Notes: generated from the sequence alone by a model not told the origin. Shown: positions 8,843 to 18,785, numbered from the stretch's first letter. The stretch: 64,000 bases of DNA from Candidatus Binatus sp. (GCF_050013435.1 NZ_JBEKFG010000004.1:12967-76966); one strand, 5' to 3'. A program made the numbers and translations.

Positions 8843-10357
8843 CTATCCGTCGACGCCCGGGAGTGGAATCTGCGGCGCTTCGACATGCAGACCATATGAG
8901 AGCCAGGTCCAGAACAGCACCAAACCGTCTTGGCTCGCGGCCGTGCGCGGGTAGGTCAGCAAAAGCGGATTGCCGGCCAAGTCGGTTCCCGCCATCCACA
9001 GATAGGTTAGGACGCTTCTGTCTGGCTGGTTCGGGAAGTTCGGCGGCGCCAGCGGAAATTCTGGTGTCAGCGGGAATTGCGCCGAGTCGCCCTGCTGGGA
9101 ATCGCCGTAGGCGCAGTCATACATCAAGGCGAGCCCGAACGGCGCCAAGGGCAGGACGCCATTGGCCTGAGGCCGCTCCAGGATGAACTCGGCCGTGCGG
9201 CCGGTGAACCCCTGGCTGCTCAGACCGCCCAGGGTCACAGCAGCCGCGGGAAGCGTGAACATCTGCATTTGTCCGGTCGCTTGGTTGCCGAACACGAACC
9301 ACACGAAAGTGTTGCCGTTGCCGAGCCCGCCCCAGGTGCCATCGCCCGGCCCCGCAGCGAAATGGGTCTCGCCGTACTCGTCGGCGACGAAAATATCGAG
9401 GCTGATGGTGTCCTCGGGCGAGACCGGGAAGTTTGGAAGCGACCAAGCCGCGAAGGGCAGGCTCTCGATCCACGTGTAGTAGGTGGAAAAGCTGAACGGT
9501 ACTTCGACGGCGTCGGCGAAGTCGCCCGTGTTTTCATCATTAGGACCCTCGATGATCGTCCAGCTCGACCAGCATTGGGAATTGGTCCCTGCTTGGTAAA
9601 GATCATTGCCGCTGGCGTCCAAGCCCAGCCACATCGCCGCTTCGGCTCGGTTTGGCGCGGTGGGTTGATAAAAGACCATCGGCACGGGCCATTGCGCCTG
9701 GATATAGTAGAACTGCTTTGCCGGATTGGTCAGCTGGGCGCCGCTCCATATGCCGGAGTTTGCGATGCCGAAGTTTGCCGGGCCGCCGTCCGGAAAGACC
9801 GGCTTTTGCTGGACCTCTTCCAGTCGTAGCGTTTGGCCCTCCGGGATTGAGGGGCCTCGCTCGCGCACAACCTTCCGAGGGGGCGCAAGCACGAAATCGC
9901 GGGAGACGGCGCGAAGCCATCGTGCGTGACGTCGCGGAGATCGCGTCGGGTCGGGCCGCGGCGGATAGCCTCGAGCGATCAACTCCGAATTGGGGAGGGC
10001 CAGGTCAGCGCCGGTCAGCGCGGGGATCTTCCGCCCGACCGGCTCCCGCTTGGGCGCCGCGGTGGGCGGCGACGAAGGATCGCACGTGAGAAGCACCGTA
10101 TGAGCTTCCACGGCGCCGTCTTCGTCGATGCAAGTGAGCCCCAGTTTGATCGGCCGCACGCCTGGCGGCAGGCGAGTATGAAACCGCACGATTCCAGCGT
10201 CGTCCGCGTCGAGCCGGAACTCCCGATCAGGCGCCCCTGGTTCATGCAGATAGCAGGTGGATCTGGCGCGCACCTGGAGCGAAACGGTCGTCTCCACGTG
10301 CGGGGAGAGGTTGTAGTCGAAGCGTTTTCCCGGCGAATGAGTTGTGGGCTCTGACAT
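8843..10357 (-). CDS. Peptidase G1 (eqolisin/scytalidoglutamic peptidase-like) family protein with about 200-aa N-terminal extension
   Basis: SD GGGAGGGA before ATG (MSEPTTH). Motifs align to scytalidoglutamic peptidase: SGIWSGAQL ~ SNWAGAVL; AAMWLGLDASGNDLYQAGT ~ ASAWVGIDGDTCETAILQTGV (catalytic Gln); YYTWIESLP ~ YDAWYEWYP; TAEFILERP ~ NAEWIVEDF (catalytic Glu). Confidence 0.6.
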   Translation of the reverse strand: MSEPTTHSPGKRFDYNLSPHVETTVSLQVRARSTCYLHEPGAPDREFRLDADDAGIVRFHTRLPPGVRPIKLGLTCIDEDGAVEAHTVLLTCDPSSPPTAAPKREPVGRKIPALTGADLALPNSELIARGYPPRPDPTRSPRRHARWLRAVSRDFVLAPPRKVVRERGPSIPEGQTLRLEEVQQKPVFPDGGPANFGIANSGIWSGAQLTNPAKQFYYIQAQWPVPMVFYQPTAPNRAEAAMWLGLDASGNDLYQAGTNSQCWSSWTIIEGPNDENTGDFADAVEVPFSFSTYYTWIESLPFAAWSLPNFPVSPEDTISLDIFVADEYGETHFAAGPGDGTWGGLGNGNTFVWFVFGNQATGQMQMFTLPAAAVTLGGLSSQGFTGRTAEFILERPQANGVLPLAPFGLALMYDCAYGDSQQGDSAQFPLTPEFPLAPPNFPNQPDRSVLTYLWMAGTDLAGNPLLLTYPRTAASQDGLVLFWTWLSYGLHVEAPQIPLPGVDG

Positions 10358-10418
10358 GCGGTCCCTCCCTTGTGGTTGCGGAATCGGGGCTAACACCCCC
10401 GGTCGACCCGAACTCCAC

Positions 10419-10488
10419 AATTAGTGAACGCGAGACTAGCGGCGATACGAGCGTGCTTCAACCGTCGAGCCGACGTCGCCCCCGCCGA
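10419..10488. repeat. 75-bp dispersed direct repeat, copy 3 (family B)
   Basis: AATTAGTGAACGCGAGACTAGCGGCGATACGAGCGTGCTTCAACCGTCGAGCCGACGTCGCCCCCGCCG. Contains the stop codon of the LysM gene. Confidence 0.8.
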
Positions 10489-11422
10489 ACAGCTCGCGCC
10501 ATCCCTTGCGCCGCCGCGCCCCGGGCAATCGCGCGCCCAGACGCTGCAGGTGCAGCTCGAGAATTTGCTTGAGTTCGTCGTTGAGCCGCTCGATTTCGAT
10601 TTCCTCGGGCATCTTGGGCCGCGGCTGCCCTTCGGTAATTGCGCCGCGGCGCCGGCCGTAAAGCTGCTGCAAGCGCAACTCCGCCTTCGCGAACATCGCT
10701 TTGTACTTGTAGTCGAGCCGGCTGAGCGCGTCGGTCATCGCCGCCAGCGTCACGAACCTGCGCCGCATCCGCCACCATTCGAACAGCGTCAGCAGCGTCG
10801 CGCCGAGCATGAACAGCGCAAAGAATCCCAGGCTGATGGCGGTTGCACGCCACCACGGCAGCAGCTTGGCGCCAAGCTGCAAGTCCTGGTTGTCGCCGGT
10901 CAGCTCCTGGACCTGCGCCTGCAGCGATTTGACCTGCTCCTGCGCCGAATCGGCCTTCTGCTCCGCGGTTTGCTGCTGCGCGCTCAACGTCTCGATCTGT
11001 GACTTGAGCGTATTGACCTCGGTGGTGAAAGGATGCGGAACCTTCAACACCTCGTCCACCTGCAGTTCCTCGTCAGGATGAATCCGGTTGGCGTGGGCGA
11101 GTTCATCGGCGGTGATCCCGAACATCTGCGCAATTGCGCCGACCGAATCGCCCGGGCGAACCGTGTAAGGAATGATGTTCGCGGGATGACTCGGCTTGAC
11201 GACGGGGCTTGCCGCCGATTGGTCGGCGGGCTGCTGCGTGTCGCGAGCCTCAGACGGTTCGGCCTCGCTCGGCGGACTCACGACTCGCGAGGGCGGCGCA
11301 GAGGGCGGAATCGTGCTCTCGTTGAAATCGGATTGAGCGAACGCAAGTCCACCGCCGGCAACGACAAACGTCGCCGCGAGGGCCAGTCTGGATAAAGTCG
11401 AACTGAACCGTCGCGCGCTCAT
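10436..11422 (-). CDS. LysM domain membrane protein with coiled-coil region
   Basis: Start MSARRFSS with signal/TM. LysM motif YTVRPGDSVGAIAQMFGITADELAHANRI..LQVDEVLKVP. Gln-rich coiled coil, then a TM helix. Confidence 0.6.
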   Translation of the reverse strand: MSARRFSSTLSRLALAATFVVAGGGLAFAQSDFNESTIPPSAPPSRVVSPPSEAEPSEARDTQQPADQSAASPVVKPSHPANIIPYTVRPGDSVGAIAQMFGITADELAHANRIHPDEELQVDEVLKVPHPFTTEVNTLKSQIETLSAQQQTAEQKADSAQEQVKSLQAQVQELTGDNQDLQLGAKLLPWWRATAISLGFFALFMLGATLLTLFEWWRMRRRFVTLAAMTDALSRLDYKYKAMFAKAELRLQQLYGRRRGAITEGQPRPKMPEEIEIERLNDELKQILELHLQRLGARLPGARRRKGWRELFGGGDVGSTVEARSYRR

Positions 11423-11496
11423 GATGGATCCTTTGCCTGCCAACCCATTCCAGTATCCATCAGATCCCGCCAAGGGTCTAGGATGCGCCAAACATG

Positions 11497-12477
11497 CTAC
11501 GATCGCGTCGCTGGATGCAGCGCCGCGTAGGCAGCCCCCCCCACACCGCCTCGCGGACCCAGTGCCGCACGCACGATCTTCGCCTGCGATACGATCGCCG
11601 TGAAGGCCCGCTCGCGCACCTGCGCCATCATGGCTTTGCGCATGTATGGCATCGCGCCGGCGACGCCACCCCCGATCACAACCAGCTCGGGATTGAATAT
11701 GTCAAGAAAAGACGCAATCGCAATTCCGAGGTAATGGCCGGCCGTGGCGAACGCCTCGAGCGCGAGTCTGTCGCCGCCGCGAGCCTGGGCCGACAGTCCG
11801 CGCACCGAGAAATTTCCTTCCGAATCGACGATTTGCGCGGGCAACGGCGCACCCGGCGACAGTCCCAGGCGCTGTTCGACCAGGCCGCGCAGCCCCGACG
11901 CCGATGCGTATGACTCAAGGCATCCGTTCGCTCCGCAGTCGCATCGCGGACCGTCCGGATTGACCGTGACATGCCCCAATTCGCCCGCCATCCCGCTTCG
12001 CCCGTGAACCAGTTTGCCGCCGACGATCAGTCCGCCACCGACTCCGGTGCCGAGCGTCAGCAGCACGACGTCGCGCCGCCCGCGCGCCGCGCCGCGCCAG
12101 CATTCGCCGAGCGCCCACGCGTTGGCGTCGTTCTCGACGACGACGTTGCGGCCGATCAGCGCTTCGAGCTTGCGACGCAGCGGGTATGCGCGCCATGCGG
12201 CGACGTGCGGCGCCTGCATCACGGTTCCCGAGTACACGTTCAGCGGTCCGGGCACCGCGACTCCGATCGCTCGCGGCGATCCAAGTCCGCGCCGGCGCGC
12301 GGTGTCCAATAGATGAGTGAGCTGCGCGGCGATATTTTCAGCGACGGCTGCGGCGTGGCGCGATGCGTGCGAAGGCCCGTGCTCCATCAGGATCACATCG
12401 CCGCCACTGGCAGACACGGCTGCGCACCGGATATTGGTGCCACCCATATCCAACCCGACCGCCCATGCGCGCGTCAT
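11497..12477 (-). CDS. ROK-family sugar kinase (glucokinase-like)
   Basis: N-terminal GLDMGGTNIR. ENDANAWALGE motif. ROK zinc motif CDCGANGCLE. Confidence 0.75.
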   Translation of the reverse strand: MTRAWAVGLDMGGTNIRCAAVSASGGDVILMEHGPSHASRHAAAVAENIAAQLTHLLDTARRRGLGSPRAIGVAVPGPLNVYSGTVMQAPHVAAWRAYPLRRKLEALIGRNVVVENDANAWALGECWRGAARGRRDVVLLTLGTGVGGGLIVGGKLVHGRSGMAGELGHVTVNPDGPRCDCGANGCLESYASASGLRGLVEQRLGLSPGAPLPAQIVDSEGNFSVRGLSAQARGGDRLALEAFATAGHYLGIAIASFLDIFNPELVVIGGGVAGAMPYMRKAMMAQVRERAFTAIVSQAKIVRAALGPRGGVGGAAYAALHPATRS

Positions 12478-13340
12478 TTTCCGGATTGGCCGGGGAATTT
12501 CATCAGCGCGAGATATTCGCGATTTCCGGCCGCGCCTTCAATCGGCGATTCGATTGTGCCGACCACGTCGAGGCCGATACTCTCCGCGAACCCGACGATT
12601 CCCGCGACCGCTTCGCGCCGGAGTTTTTCGTCCCTGACGATGCCGCCCTTGCCGACCTTGCCCTTGCCGACTTCGAACTGCGGCTTGATCAGCGCGACGA
12701 TCTCGGCGCGCGGCGCGACCAGCACCAGTACCGCCGGAATCACCAGCCGCAGTGAGATAAAACTGGTGTCGATCGTCACCAGCTCGGGCGCGTGGGGCAA
12801 GTCGTCGGGCGAAGCGAGCCGGATGTTCATGCGATCGAGCACGGTGACGCGTGGATCCTCGCGCAGCTTCAGCGCCAGCTGCCCGTAGCCGACATCCATC
12901 GCGATCACGGCCTTGGCGCCGCGGCGCAGCAGCACGTCGGTAAAGCCGCCGGTCGATGCGCCCACGTCCATCGTGAGCTTGCCATCGACCGAGATGCCGA
13001 AATGCTCGAGCGCGGCGATCAGCTTGTACGCTCCGCGCGAGGCGAACTGCGGCGCACCGGCCATGAGCGCGATGGGAGTTTCAGAATCGACCTTGAGGTC
13101 GGCTTTGTAGGCGGGCCGCGAGTTGACGCGCACGCGCCCGGCCATTATCAGGCGCTGGGCGAGTTCGCGGCTGTCGGCCAGACCGCGGCGGGCCATTTCG
13201 GCGTCGAGCCTGAAGCGGACCAGCGGCGCCGCAGCGCGCCGCGGCTTGGGCTTGGGCTTGGCGCCGGGACCATTGCTAGAAGGGTGTTTCGTCGTCGTCC
13301 TTTGCGCCGGCGTGGTGCTCGTCCTCAGACGATGCTTCAA
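12474..13340 (-). CDS. tlyA: TlyA-family rRNA 2'-O-methyltransferase (S4 + FtsJ-like MTase)
   Basis: RLDAEMARRGLADSRELAQRLIMAGRVRVN (S4 domain). DVGASTGGFTDVLLRRGAKAV..AMDVGYGQL (SAM-MTase). The true start is probably internal, since the longest ORF overlaps xseB by 64 nt. Confidence 0.7.
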   Translation of the reverse strand: MKHRLRTSTTPAQRTTTKHPSSNGPGAKPKPKPRRAAAPLVRFRLDAEMARRGLADSRELAQRLIMAGRVRVNSRPAYKADLKVDSETPIALMAGAPQFASRGAYKLIAALEHFGISVDGKLTMDVGASTGGFTDVLLRRGAKAVIAMDVGYGQLALKLREDPRVTVLDRMNIRLASPDDLPHAPELVTIDTSFISLRLVIPAVLVLVAPRAEIVALIKPQFEVGKGKVGKGGIVRDEKLRREAVAGIVGFAESIGLDVVGTIESPIEGAAGNREYLALMKFPGQSGK

Positions 13341-13557
13341 AGGGCGCCGTGCGCAGTTCGCCGCCGGCGCTCCGCGTTAGCAGTTCGACCTTGCGCTCGA
13401 CTTCGTCGAGTTTCCCATTGAGCGCCTTCACCAGCATGACGCCGCGTTCGAAGGCTCCGATAGATTCTTCGAGCGTAAGCTCACCCGAATCGACCTGGTT
13501 GACGATCGTTTCAAGATCCTTGAGCTCGTCCTCGAATTTTTTCGTTTTTGCGACCAT
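13276..13557 (-). CDS. xseB: Exodeoxyribonuclease VII small subunit
   Basis: About 90-aa coiled-coil protein with FEDELKDLETIVNQVDSGELTLEESIGAFERG, the typical XseB pattern. Lies immediately downstream of xseA. Confidence 0.8.
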   Translation of the reverse strand: MVAKTKKFEDELKDLETIVNQVDSGELTLEESIGAFERGVMLVKALNGKLDEVERKVELLTRSAGGELRTAPFEASSEDEHHAGAKDDDETPF

Positions 13558-13574
13558 CGTTCAGCAACCAAACT

Positions 13575-14930
13575 CTAAATTGTCCGGCCGGTCGCGCGCG
13601 CGCTCAGCCGTCCCCTGGCCAGCCTGATATCGAGCTCATCGTCCAGCTTTACCGTGGCCGCGTCGAGCACCGCGCGTGAATTGGCCTTATTGATCACCAC
13701 GGCGTAGCCGCGGTCGAGAACTTTCAGCGGCGACAAAGCGTCGAGCCTGCCCGCCATCGCGCCGAGCTGGCGCCGCCGGCCTTCGAGCGCCGACACAGTG
13801 CCATGAACCAGACTGTTGCCGAGCCGGGAAGCCGCAAGGCGCATCTCGCGCACCATCGCATCGGGACTGCGAAGCCGCAGCCGCAATTCGCGGACGGTGC
13901 GCCGGCGCTCCGCGATTCGCGAAGACACCGCGTCCGACAGTTCGCCCTCGATCCCGGCAACGCGTTCGCGCGCCCCGGCGATAGCGACGCCGGGATGACG
14001 TATCCGCGCCGCCAGATCGTCGATCGATTCGCGCCGGCCCGACAGTTCGCGTTGCATCACGCCGGCGAGCGACGCGCCCAGCGATGCGACCCGCTCGGTC
14101 AACTCTGGCTGGCTGGGCACCACCATCTGCGCGGCCGCAGTGGGAGTGGGCGCGCGCAGGTCGGCGACGAAATCGGCGATCGTATAGTCCACTTCGTGGC
14201 CTACGGCGGAAATTACCGGGATCGCCGACTGGAAAATCGCCCGCGCGACGATCTCTTCGTTGAACGCCCACAAATCTTCGAGCGAGCCGCCGCCGCGTCC
14301 AACGATCAGCACCTCGGCGCGGCCGTCGCGATTGAGATCGGCGATCGCATCGGCGATCTCCTGGGCGGCGCCGTCGCCCTGCACCTTGGCGGGCCTGAAA
14401 ATCACCTGCAGGTTCGGGAATCGATCGAACAGGATGCGCAACATGTCGCGCAGTCCCGCGCCGCCGCGCGCCGTCACGATTCCGATCCCGTGCGGCAGGT
14501 ACGGCATCGCGCGTTTGCGCGCCCGATCGAACAGTCCTTCGGCCTCGAGGCGCCGCTTCAACTGCTCGAAGGCGACCTGCAACGCGCCGACGCCGCGCGG
14601 CTCCATTTCCTCGGCATAAAGCTGCAACGCGCCGCGCTGTTCGAAGATTTGCACCCGTCCGCGAACAATCACTTCCATCCCGTCGGCGGCTTTGAACCGC
14701 ATCCGGTTGAACGCCGACTTGAACATCACGACGTTGATCGCGCTGCGGGAGTCCTTGAGCGTGAAGTAAAAATGATTGGACGGGGCCAGCCGCGCGTTCG
14801 AGATCTCGCCGACCACCCAGCGCTCGCCGAGATTGGCGTCAAGCGCGTCGCGCACCATCCGCACCAGGTCCGATACGCTGATCGGGCCCGAGCGGCGGCT
14901 GCGGATCGAAAGATCGAGCTGCCCGTTCAT
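13575..14930 (-). CDS. xseA: Exodeoxyribonuclease VII large subunit
   Basis: N-terminal OB-fold region (VSDLVRMVRDALDANLGERWVVGEISN). Conserved catalytic core GIGIVTARGGAGLRDML..RGGGSLEDLWAFNEE. Confidence 0.85.
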   Translation of the reverse strand: MNGQLDLSIRSRRSGPISVSDLVRMVRDALDANLGERWVVGEISNARLAPSNHFYFTLKDSRSAINVVMFKSAFNRMRFKAADGMEVIVRGRVQIFEQRGALQLYAEEMEPRGVGALQVAFEQLKRRLEAEGLFDRARKRAMPYLPHGIGIVTARGGAGLRDMLRILFDRFPNLQVIFRPAKVQGDGAAQEIADAIADLNRDGRAEVLIVGRGGGSLEDLWAFNEEIVARAIFQSAIPVISAVGHEVDYTIADFVADLRAPTPTAAAQMVVPSQPELTERVASLGASLAGVMQRELSGRRESIDDLAARIRHPGVAIAGARERVAGIEGELSDAVSSRIAERRRTVRELRLRLRSPDAMVREMRLAASRLGNSLVHGTVSALEGRRRQLGAMAGRLDALSPLKVLDRGYAVVINKANSRAVLDAATVKLDDELDIRLARGRLSARATGRTI

Positions 14931-14977
14931 TGCCGTTTAGCTTATCAGAACCAATCGGCAGGCACCTACCTGGCGCA

Positions 14978-15649
14978 TTAGATGAGCTTTTCTACGATTG
15001 CCCGCGCCAGGGGCTCGCGATGGCGCATCCGGCCCAGATAGGGAGCCTTGGCGATTCGCATCAGCGACGCCTCGTTGGCCTCGGTCTCTGATGAGGCGGC
15101 GGGATCGCAATCGCAAAGGATGCAGCCTGCGACTTTGAGTCCCCGGCTCTCGCAGCGCTGAATCGTGAGCATCGTGGCGTCCACGCATCCGGAGCGGTTG
15201 CCTGCCACCACGATAACTTCGAGGCCGAGCATCGCGGCCAGATCGGCGAAATCGCTGTCGCAGGTAATCGGCGCAGTGATTGCGCCCGCGCTTTCGACGA
15301 GCACGACGTCGTTATCCGCGCCGATCTCGCCAAAGCATCGCGCGATATTCTCAAGGTCGGGTGGCGGCAGTCGATCGATGGCGGCCGCATCGGCGGGTGC
15401 AAGCGTCGAGCGATAGCGATACGGGCAAATCAACTCGAGCGGCGCAACGGAACCAACTGCCAGCGCCAACGCATCCGCATCCCTGGGCGCCAGCGCGCCG
15501 TCAATTTCCGCGCATCCGGTTTCTACCGGCTTCATTACGCCCACGCGCATCCCACGCGCTCGCAATGCGAATCCCAGCGCGCATCCGACAGTGATCTTGC
15601 CCACGCCAGCGCCGGTACCAGTGATGAGGAATCGATGTCGGTGTCCCAC
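14978..15649 (-). CDS. bioD: ATP-dependent dethiobiotin synthetase
   Basis: P-loop FLITGTGAGVGKT plus MKPVETGC, diagnostic of BioD. Confidence 0.75.
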   Translation of the reverse strand: MGHRHRFLITGTGAGVGKITVGCALGFALRARGMRVGVMKPVETGCAEIDGALAPRDADALALAVGSVAPLELICPYRYRSTLAPADAAAIDRLPPPDLENIARCFGEIGADNDVVLVESAGAITAPITCDSDFADLAAMLGLEVIVVAGNRSGCVDATMLTIQRCESRGLKVAGCILCDCDPAASSETEANEASLMRIAKAPYLGRMRHREPLARAIVEKLI

Positions 15650-15760
15650 GCGCGATCGCCCAGACCATTGAGGCTACCATCAAACCGATGCCCGCGTGAA
15701 AAAAAACGCGCCGGACATCAAGATGCCCGGCGCGTTGCGATCAATTTTTTTGCCGTCGGG

Positions 15761-17209
15761 CTAGTCGCCCTTGGATTTGGCGGTGTCGCCCTCTGCCGTG
15801 GATACCGCCGGCTGCGACTCGCCCTTGGCAAGCTGGAGCTTGAACGTGTTCCAATGCTTGAGGATGTCGACCGCGCGATCGAGTTGCACGTCCTTTTCCT
15901 CTTTGGCCTTGGCGCCCTTCGCGCCTGGTCCCTTGTCGCCCTTTTCGCTCCCGGGGGCAGGAGCCGCGCTCCCGCCATTGGCCGGATTCTTGTCGTTTTT
16001 CTTCTGCCCGTTCTGGAAATGATGGGGCAGATCAGACTCGTGGATTTCCGGGTTTTCGTCGAACTCGGCGCCCTGCTGGGTTAGCGATGCGATCGTTTCC
16101 TTGGGCAGCTCGACATCGACGTCGGGTGTAATTCCCACTGCCTGAATGGAGCGGCCGGTGGGAGTGTAGTAGCGCGCCGTGGTCAGCCGCAGCGCGGAAT
16201 GGTCGTCGAGCGGCAGAATCGTCTGCACCGAGCCCTTGCCGAAGGTCTGGGTGCCGAGAATGACGGCGCGCTTCTGATCCTGCAAAGCGCCGGCGACGAT
16301 CTCGCTGGCGCTGGCGCTGCCGCCGTTGACCAGCACCACCATCGGATAGTCGGCGAAATCCTTCTTCTTGTGCGAGAAGTATTTCTGCTGCTGATTTTCC
16401 TCGCGCCCCTGCGTGTAAACGATCAGGCCGCCGTCGAGAAAATCGTCCGAAACCTTTACCGCCTGGTTCAGCAATCCGCCCGGATTGTCGCGCAGGTCGA
16501 ACACGATTCCTTTGAGCTTGCCGTGCTCCTTCGCTTCGAACTCGTCAATTGCTTTTTCGACGCCCTCGCCCGTGTTCTCCTGGAAGGTGGTGACGCGGAT
16601 GTATCCGTAGCCGCCGTCAAGCATCTTCGACTTGACCGACTGAATCTTGATGACGTCGCGCGCGAGCGTCACCGTGAACAGCTCGGGCACGTTGTTGCGA
16701 TGCAGCGTCAGCTTGATCTTGCTGCCCTTGGGCCCGCGCATCCGCTTGACCGCCTCGGTCAGCGACATGTCCTTGGTGAAGTCGTCGTCGATCTTGATGA
16801 TCTGGTCGCCGGCCTTGAGTCCGGCGCGATACGCCGGCGTGTCCTCGATCGGCGCAACTACGGTGAGCGCGCCGTTCTTGATGGTTATTTCGATTCCGAG
16901 TCCGCCGAAGCTGCCGCGCGTCTCGACTTCGAGATCGCGGTACAGGTCGGGCGTCAGGTAGGCGCTATGCGGGTCGAGCGACGCCAGCATCCCGCTGATT
17001 GCGCCGTCGATCAGTTTTTTGGTCGATACCGGTTCGACGTAGTTTTTCTGCACGATTGCGAGCACGCTCGCGAACGTGTCGAGCTCCTGGTAGGTGTCGT
17101 TGGAGAGCGCCTGGGCTCGGCGCACGGCGACCTCCTGCAGCACAAGGAAACAGGCAACCAGGGAAACCGCCAGCGTGATGGACCATCGATGTCTTTTGAT
17201 CATGGACAT
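15761..17209 (-). CDS. ctpA: Carboxyl-terminal processing protease (S41 family, PDZ domain)
   Basis: PDZ segment GGLGIEI..GDQIIKIDD. S41 catalytic region VVLVNGGSASASEIVAGALQD..GKGSVQ. N-terminal TM anchor. Confidence 0.85.
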   Translation of the reverse strand: MSMIKRHRWSITLAVSLVACFLVLQEVAVRRAQALSNDTYQELDTFASVLAIVQKNYVEPVSTKKLIDGAISGMLASLDPHSAYLTPDLYRDLEVETRGSFGGLGIEITIKNGALTVVAPIEDTPAYRAGLKAGDQIIKIDDDFTKDMSLTEAVKRMRGPKGSKIKLTLHRNNVPELFTVTLARDVIKIQSVKSKMLDGGYGYIRVTTFQENTGEGVEKAIDEFEAKEHGKLKGIVFDLRDNPGGLLNQAVKVSDDFLDGGLIVYTQGREENQQQKYFSHKKKDFADYPMVVLVNGGSASASEIVAGALQDQKRAVILGTQTFGKGSVQTILPLDDHSALRLTTARYYTPTGRSIQAVGITPDVDVELPKETIASLTQQGAEFDENPEIHESDLPHHFQNGQKKNDKNPANGGSAAPAPGSEKGDKGPGAKGAKAKEEKDVQLDRAVDILKHWNTFKLQLAKGESQPAVSTAEGDTAKSKGD

Positions 17210-17325
17210 TTAATTAGTGTCGCTCGGGACTCGTGATTGTGAGTTTGTACATTTAATTTAAGCAGATGCGCTGCTCTAATGCATACGCCCGCGGCACCCC
17301 CCTCGTTACCGATATAATAGCATCT

Positions 17326-17910
17326 TTACCCCTGCTTTGAGTCGAGGAGTTGCTGCAAGGCGTCCTTGACATCCGGCCGCGACCAGTCGAATCCGCCCAT
17401 ATGGTGCGCGACAATCTGGCCCTTGCGATCGATTATGAAAGTCTCGGGCACCCCGCTCACCTCGTACGTCTCGCTGATCTTATTTTCGGGGTCGAGCAGT
17501 ATTGTGAAATGGTACCCGTTCTTCTTGACATAGGACGCCACCACGTCGCGCCCTCCGGTGTCCTGGCTGGCCGCGAGCATCACGAAGTCCTTGTTGCCCT
17601 TGAAATCGTCGTACAGCGTCTGCATCGAGGGCATTTCTTCCCGGCACGGTCCGCACCACGTCGCCCATACGTTGAGAAATACGACTTTGCCGCGCAGCGA
17701 TTCGAGCGAGACAGTTGTTCCGTCGAGCGTCTCGAGCTTGAAATCGGCCGCTCGACTGCCGGCCGCCACCGTCGTCCTGGACTGCTCGGCCGTTTCGGGC
17801 GAAATCGAATCGATGCGTGCGCCGCGATGCCCGCTCAGCGCGACGAGCGTAATGCCGGTCATCACGACGATGGCGGCGACGACGTAGAGGACTTTGTCCT
17901 TGATCTCCAT
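17326..17910 (-). CDS. TlpA/ResA-family thiol-disulfide oxidoreductase (thioredoxin fold, membrane anchored)
   Basis: WATWCGPCREEMP active site. N-terminal TM helix. Confidence 0.8.
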   Translation of the reverse strand: MEIKDKVLYVVAAIVVMTGITLVALSGHRGARIDSISPETAEQSRTTVAAGSRAADFKLETLDGTTVSLESLRGKVVFLNVWATWCGPCREEMPSMQTLYDDFKGNKDFVMLAASQDTGGRDVVASYVKKNGYHFTILLDPENKISETYEVSGVPETFIIDRKGQIVAHHMGGFDWSRPDVKDALQQLLDSKQG

Positions 17911-17915
17911 CGCGC

Positions 17916-18785
17916 TCAGGCCCGCGCCGCGTTCATGGCAGGAGGCTGGTTTTTTTCGCCGGGCTGCTGGCCGCCTTCCGCCTGGTCTTTTTCCCTGGTG
18001 AGAATCAGCGCGACGCCGCCGAGGACCATCATCGCGAACGCAATCAGCTGCGCCTCACTGAGACCATGGAAGACCCGCGGATTGATTCGCACGAACTCGA
18101 CGAGAAAGCGGGCGGCGCCCGCCAACAGCAGGTACCAATACATCAGCCGGCCAACCGGATGATACGTTTTGCGCATCGACCACAATATCGCGAACACGCC
18201 GAGATACAGAATCGTTTCGTAAACCGGTGCGGGATGCACGCGGACGCCGGGGAAGAAGCCGGAAACGAGACGGTAATGCTCGTCCAGTTTCAGCACGGTC
18301 TCGGAGTTCCAGCCGACGATCGCGCGCGGATAAGCCATCGCCCACGGCATCGTGGACGGCAGCCCCCAGTCGCCGTCGCCCGCAAGCTGGCATCCGATTC
18401 GCCCGATTGCCTGCCCGACGGCCATAGCAAGCGCGCACATGTCCATCGTTACGGCGAATCCGATTCGATACCACCGCGACACGAAGTAAGCGCCGAGGAT
18501 TCCACCGATCAAGCCGCCGTAAAACACGAATCCCGAGCCCGAGAAGATCATCGACTTGGGATCGGCCAGGTAGGTGGGCAGATCGTCGAGGATCGCGTAG
18601 ATGCGCGAACCGACCAGCCCCGCCACGGCTCCGGTGATCACGATCGAGGAGGAATATTCGGGATCGAGGCCGCGGCGGATGCATTCGAGGCGGATAACGA
18701 AGTCGGCCGCCAGGAATCCAAGCGCCATCATCAGCCCGAAGCTGTAAACGGTCAGCGGGCCCAGGTGGAACAAGACAGGAATCAT
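17916..18785 (-). CDS. lgt: Prolipoprotein diacylglyceryl transferase
   Basis: Polytopic membrane protein. Lgt signature GRIGCQLAGDGDWG (compare GRLGNFINGELWG). Confidence 0.8.
   Translation of the reverse strand: MIPVLFHLGPLTVYSFGLMMALGFLAADFVIRLECIRRGLDPEYSSSIVITGAVAGLVGSRIYAILDDLPTYLADPKSMIFSGSGFVFYGGLIGGILGAYFVSRWYRIGFAVTMDMCALAMAVGQAIGRIGCQLAGDGDWGLPSTMPWAMAYPRAIVGWNSETVLKLDEHYRLVSGFFPGVRVHPAPVYETILYLGVFAILWSMRKTYHPVGRLMYWYLLLAGAARFLVEFVRINPRVFHGLSEAQLIAFAMMVLGGVALILTREKDQAEGGQQPGEKNQPPAMNAARA

Noticed and set aside
13803-14981. 392-aa plus-strand ORF overlapping xseA
   Set aside because: It is antisense to xseA, which is the conserved frame.
16199-17236. 345-aa plus-strand ORF overlapping ctpA
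   Set aside because: It is antisense to the S41 protease gene and has no motifs.
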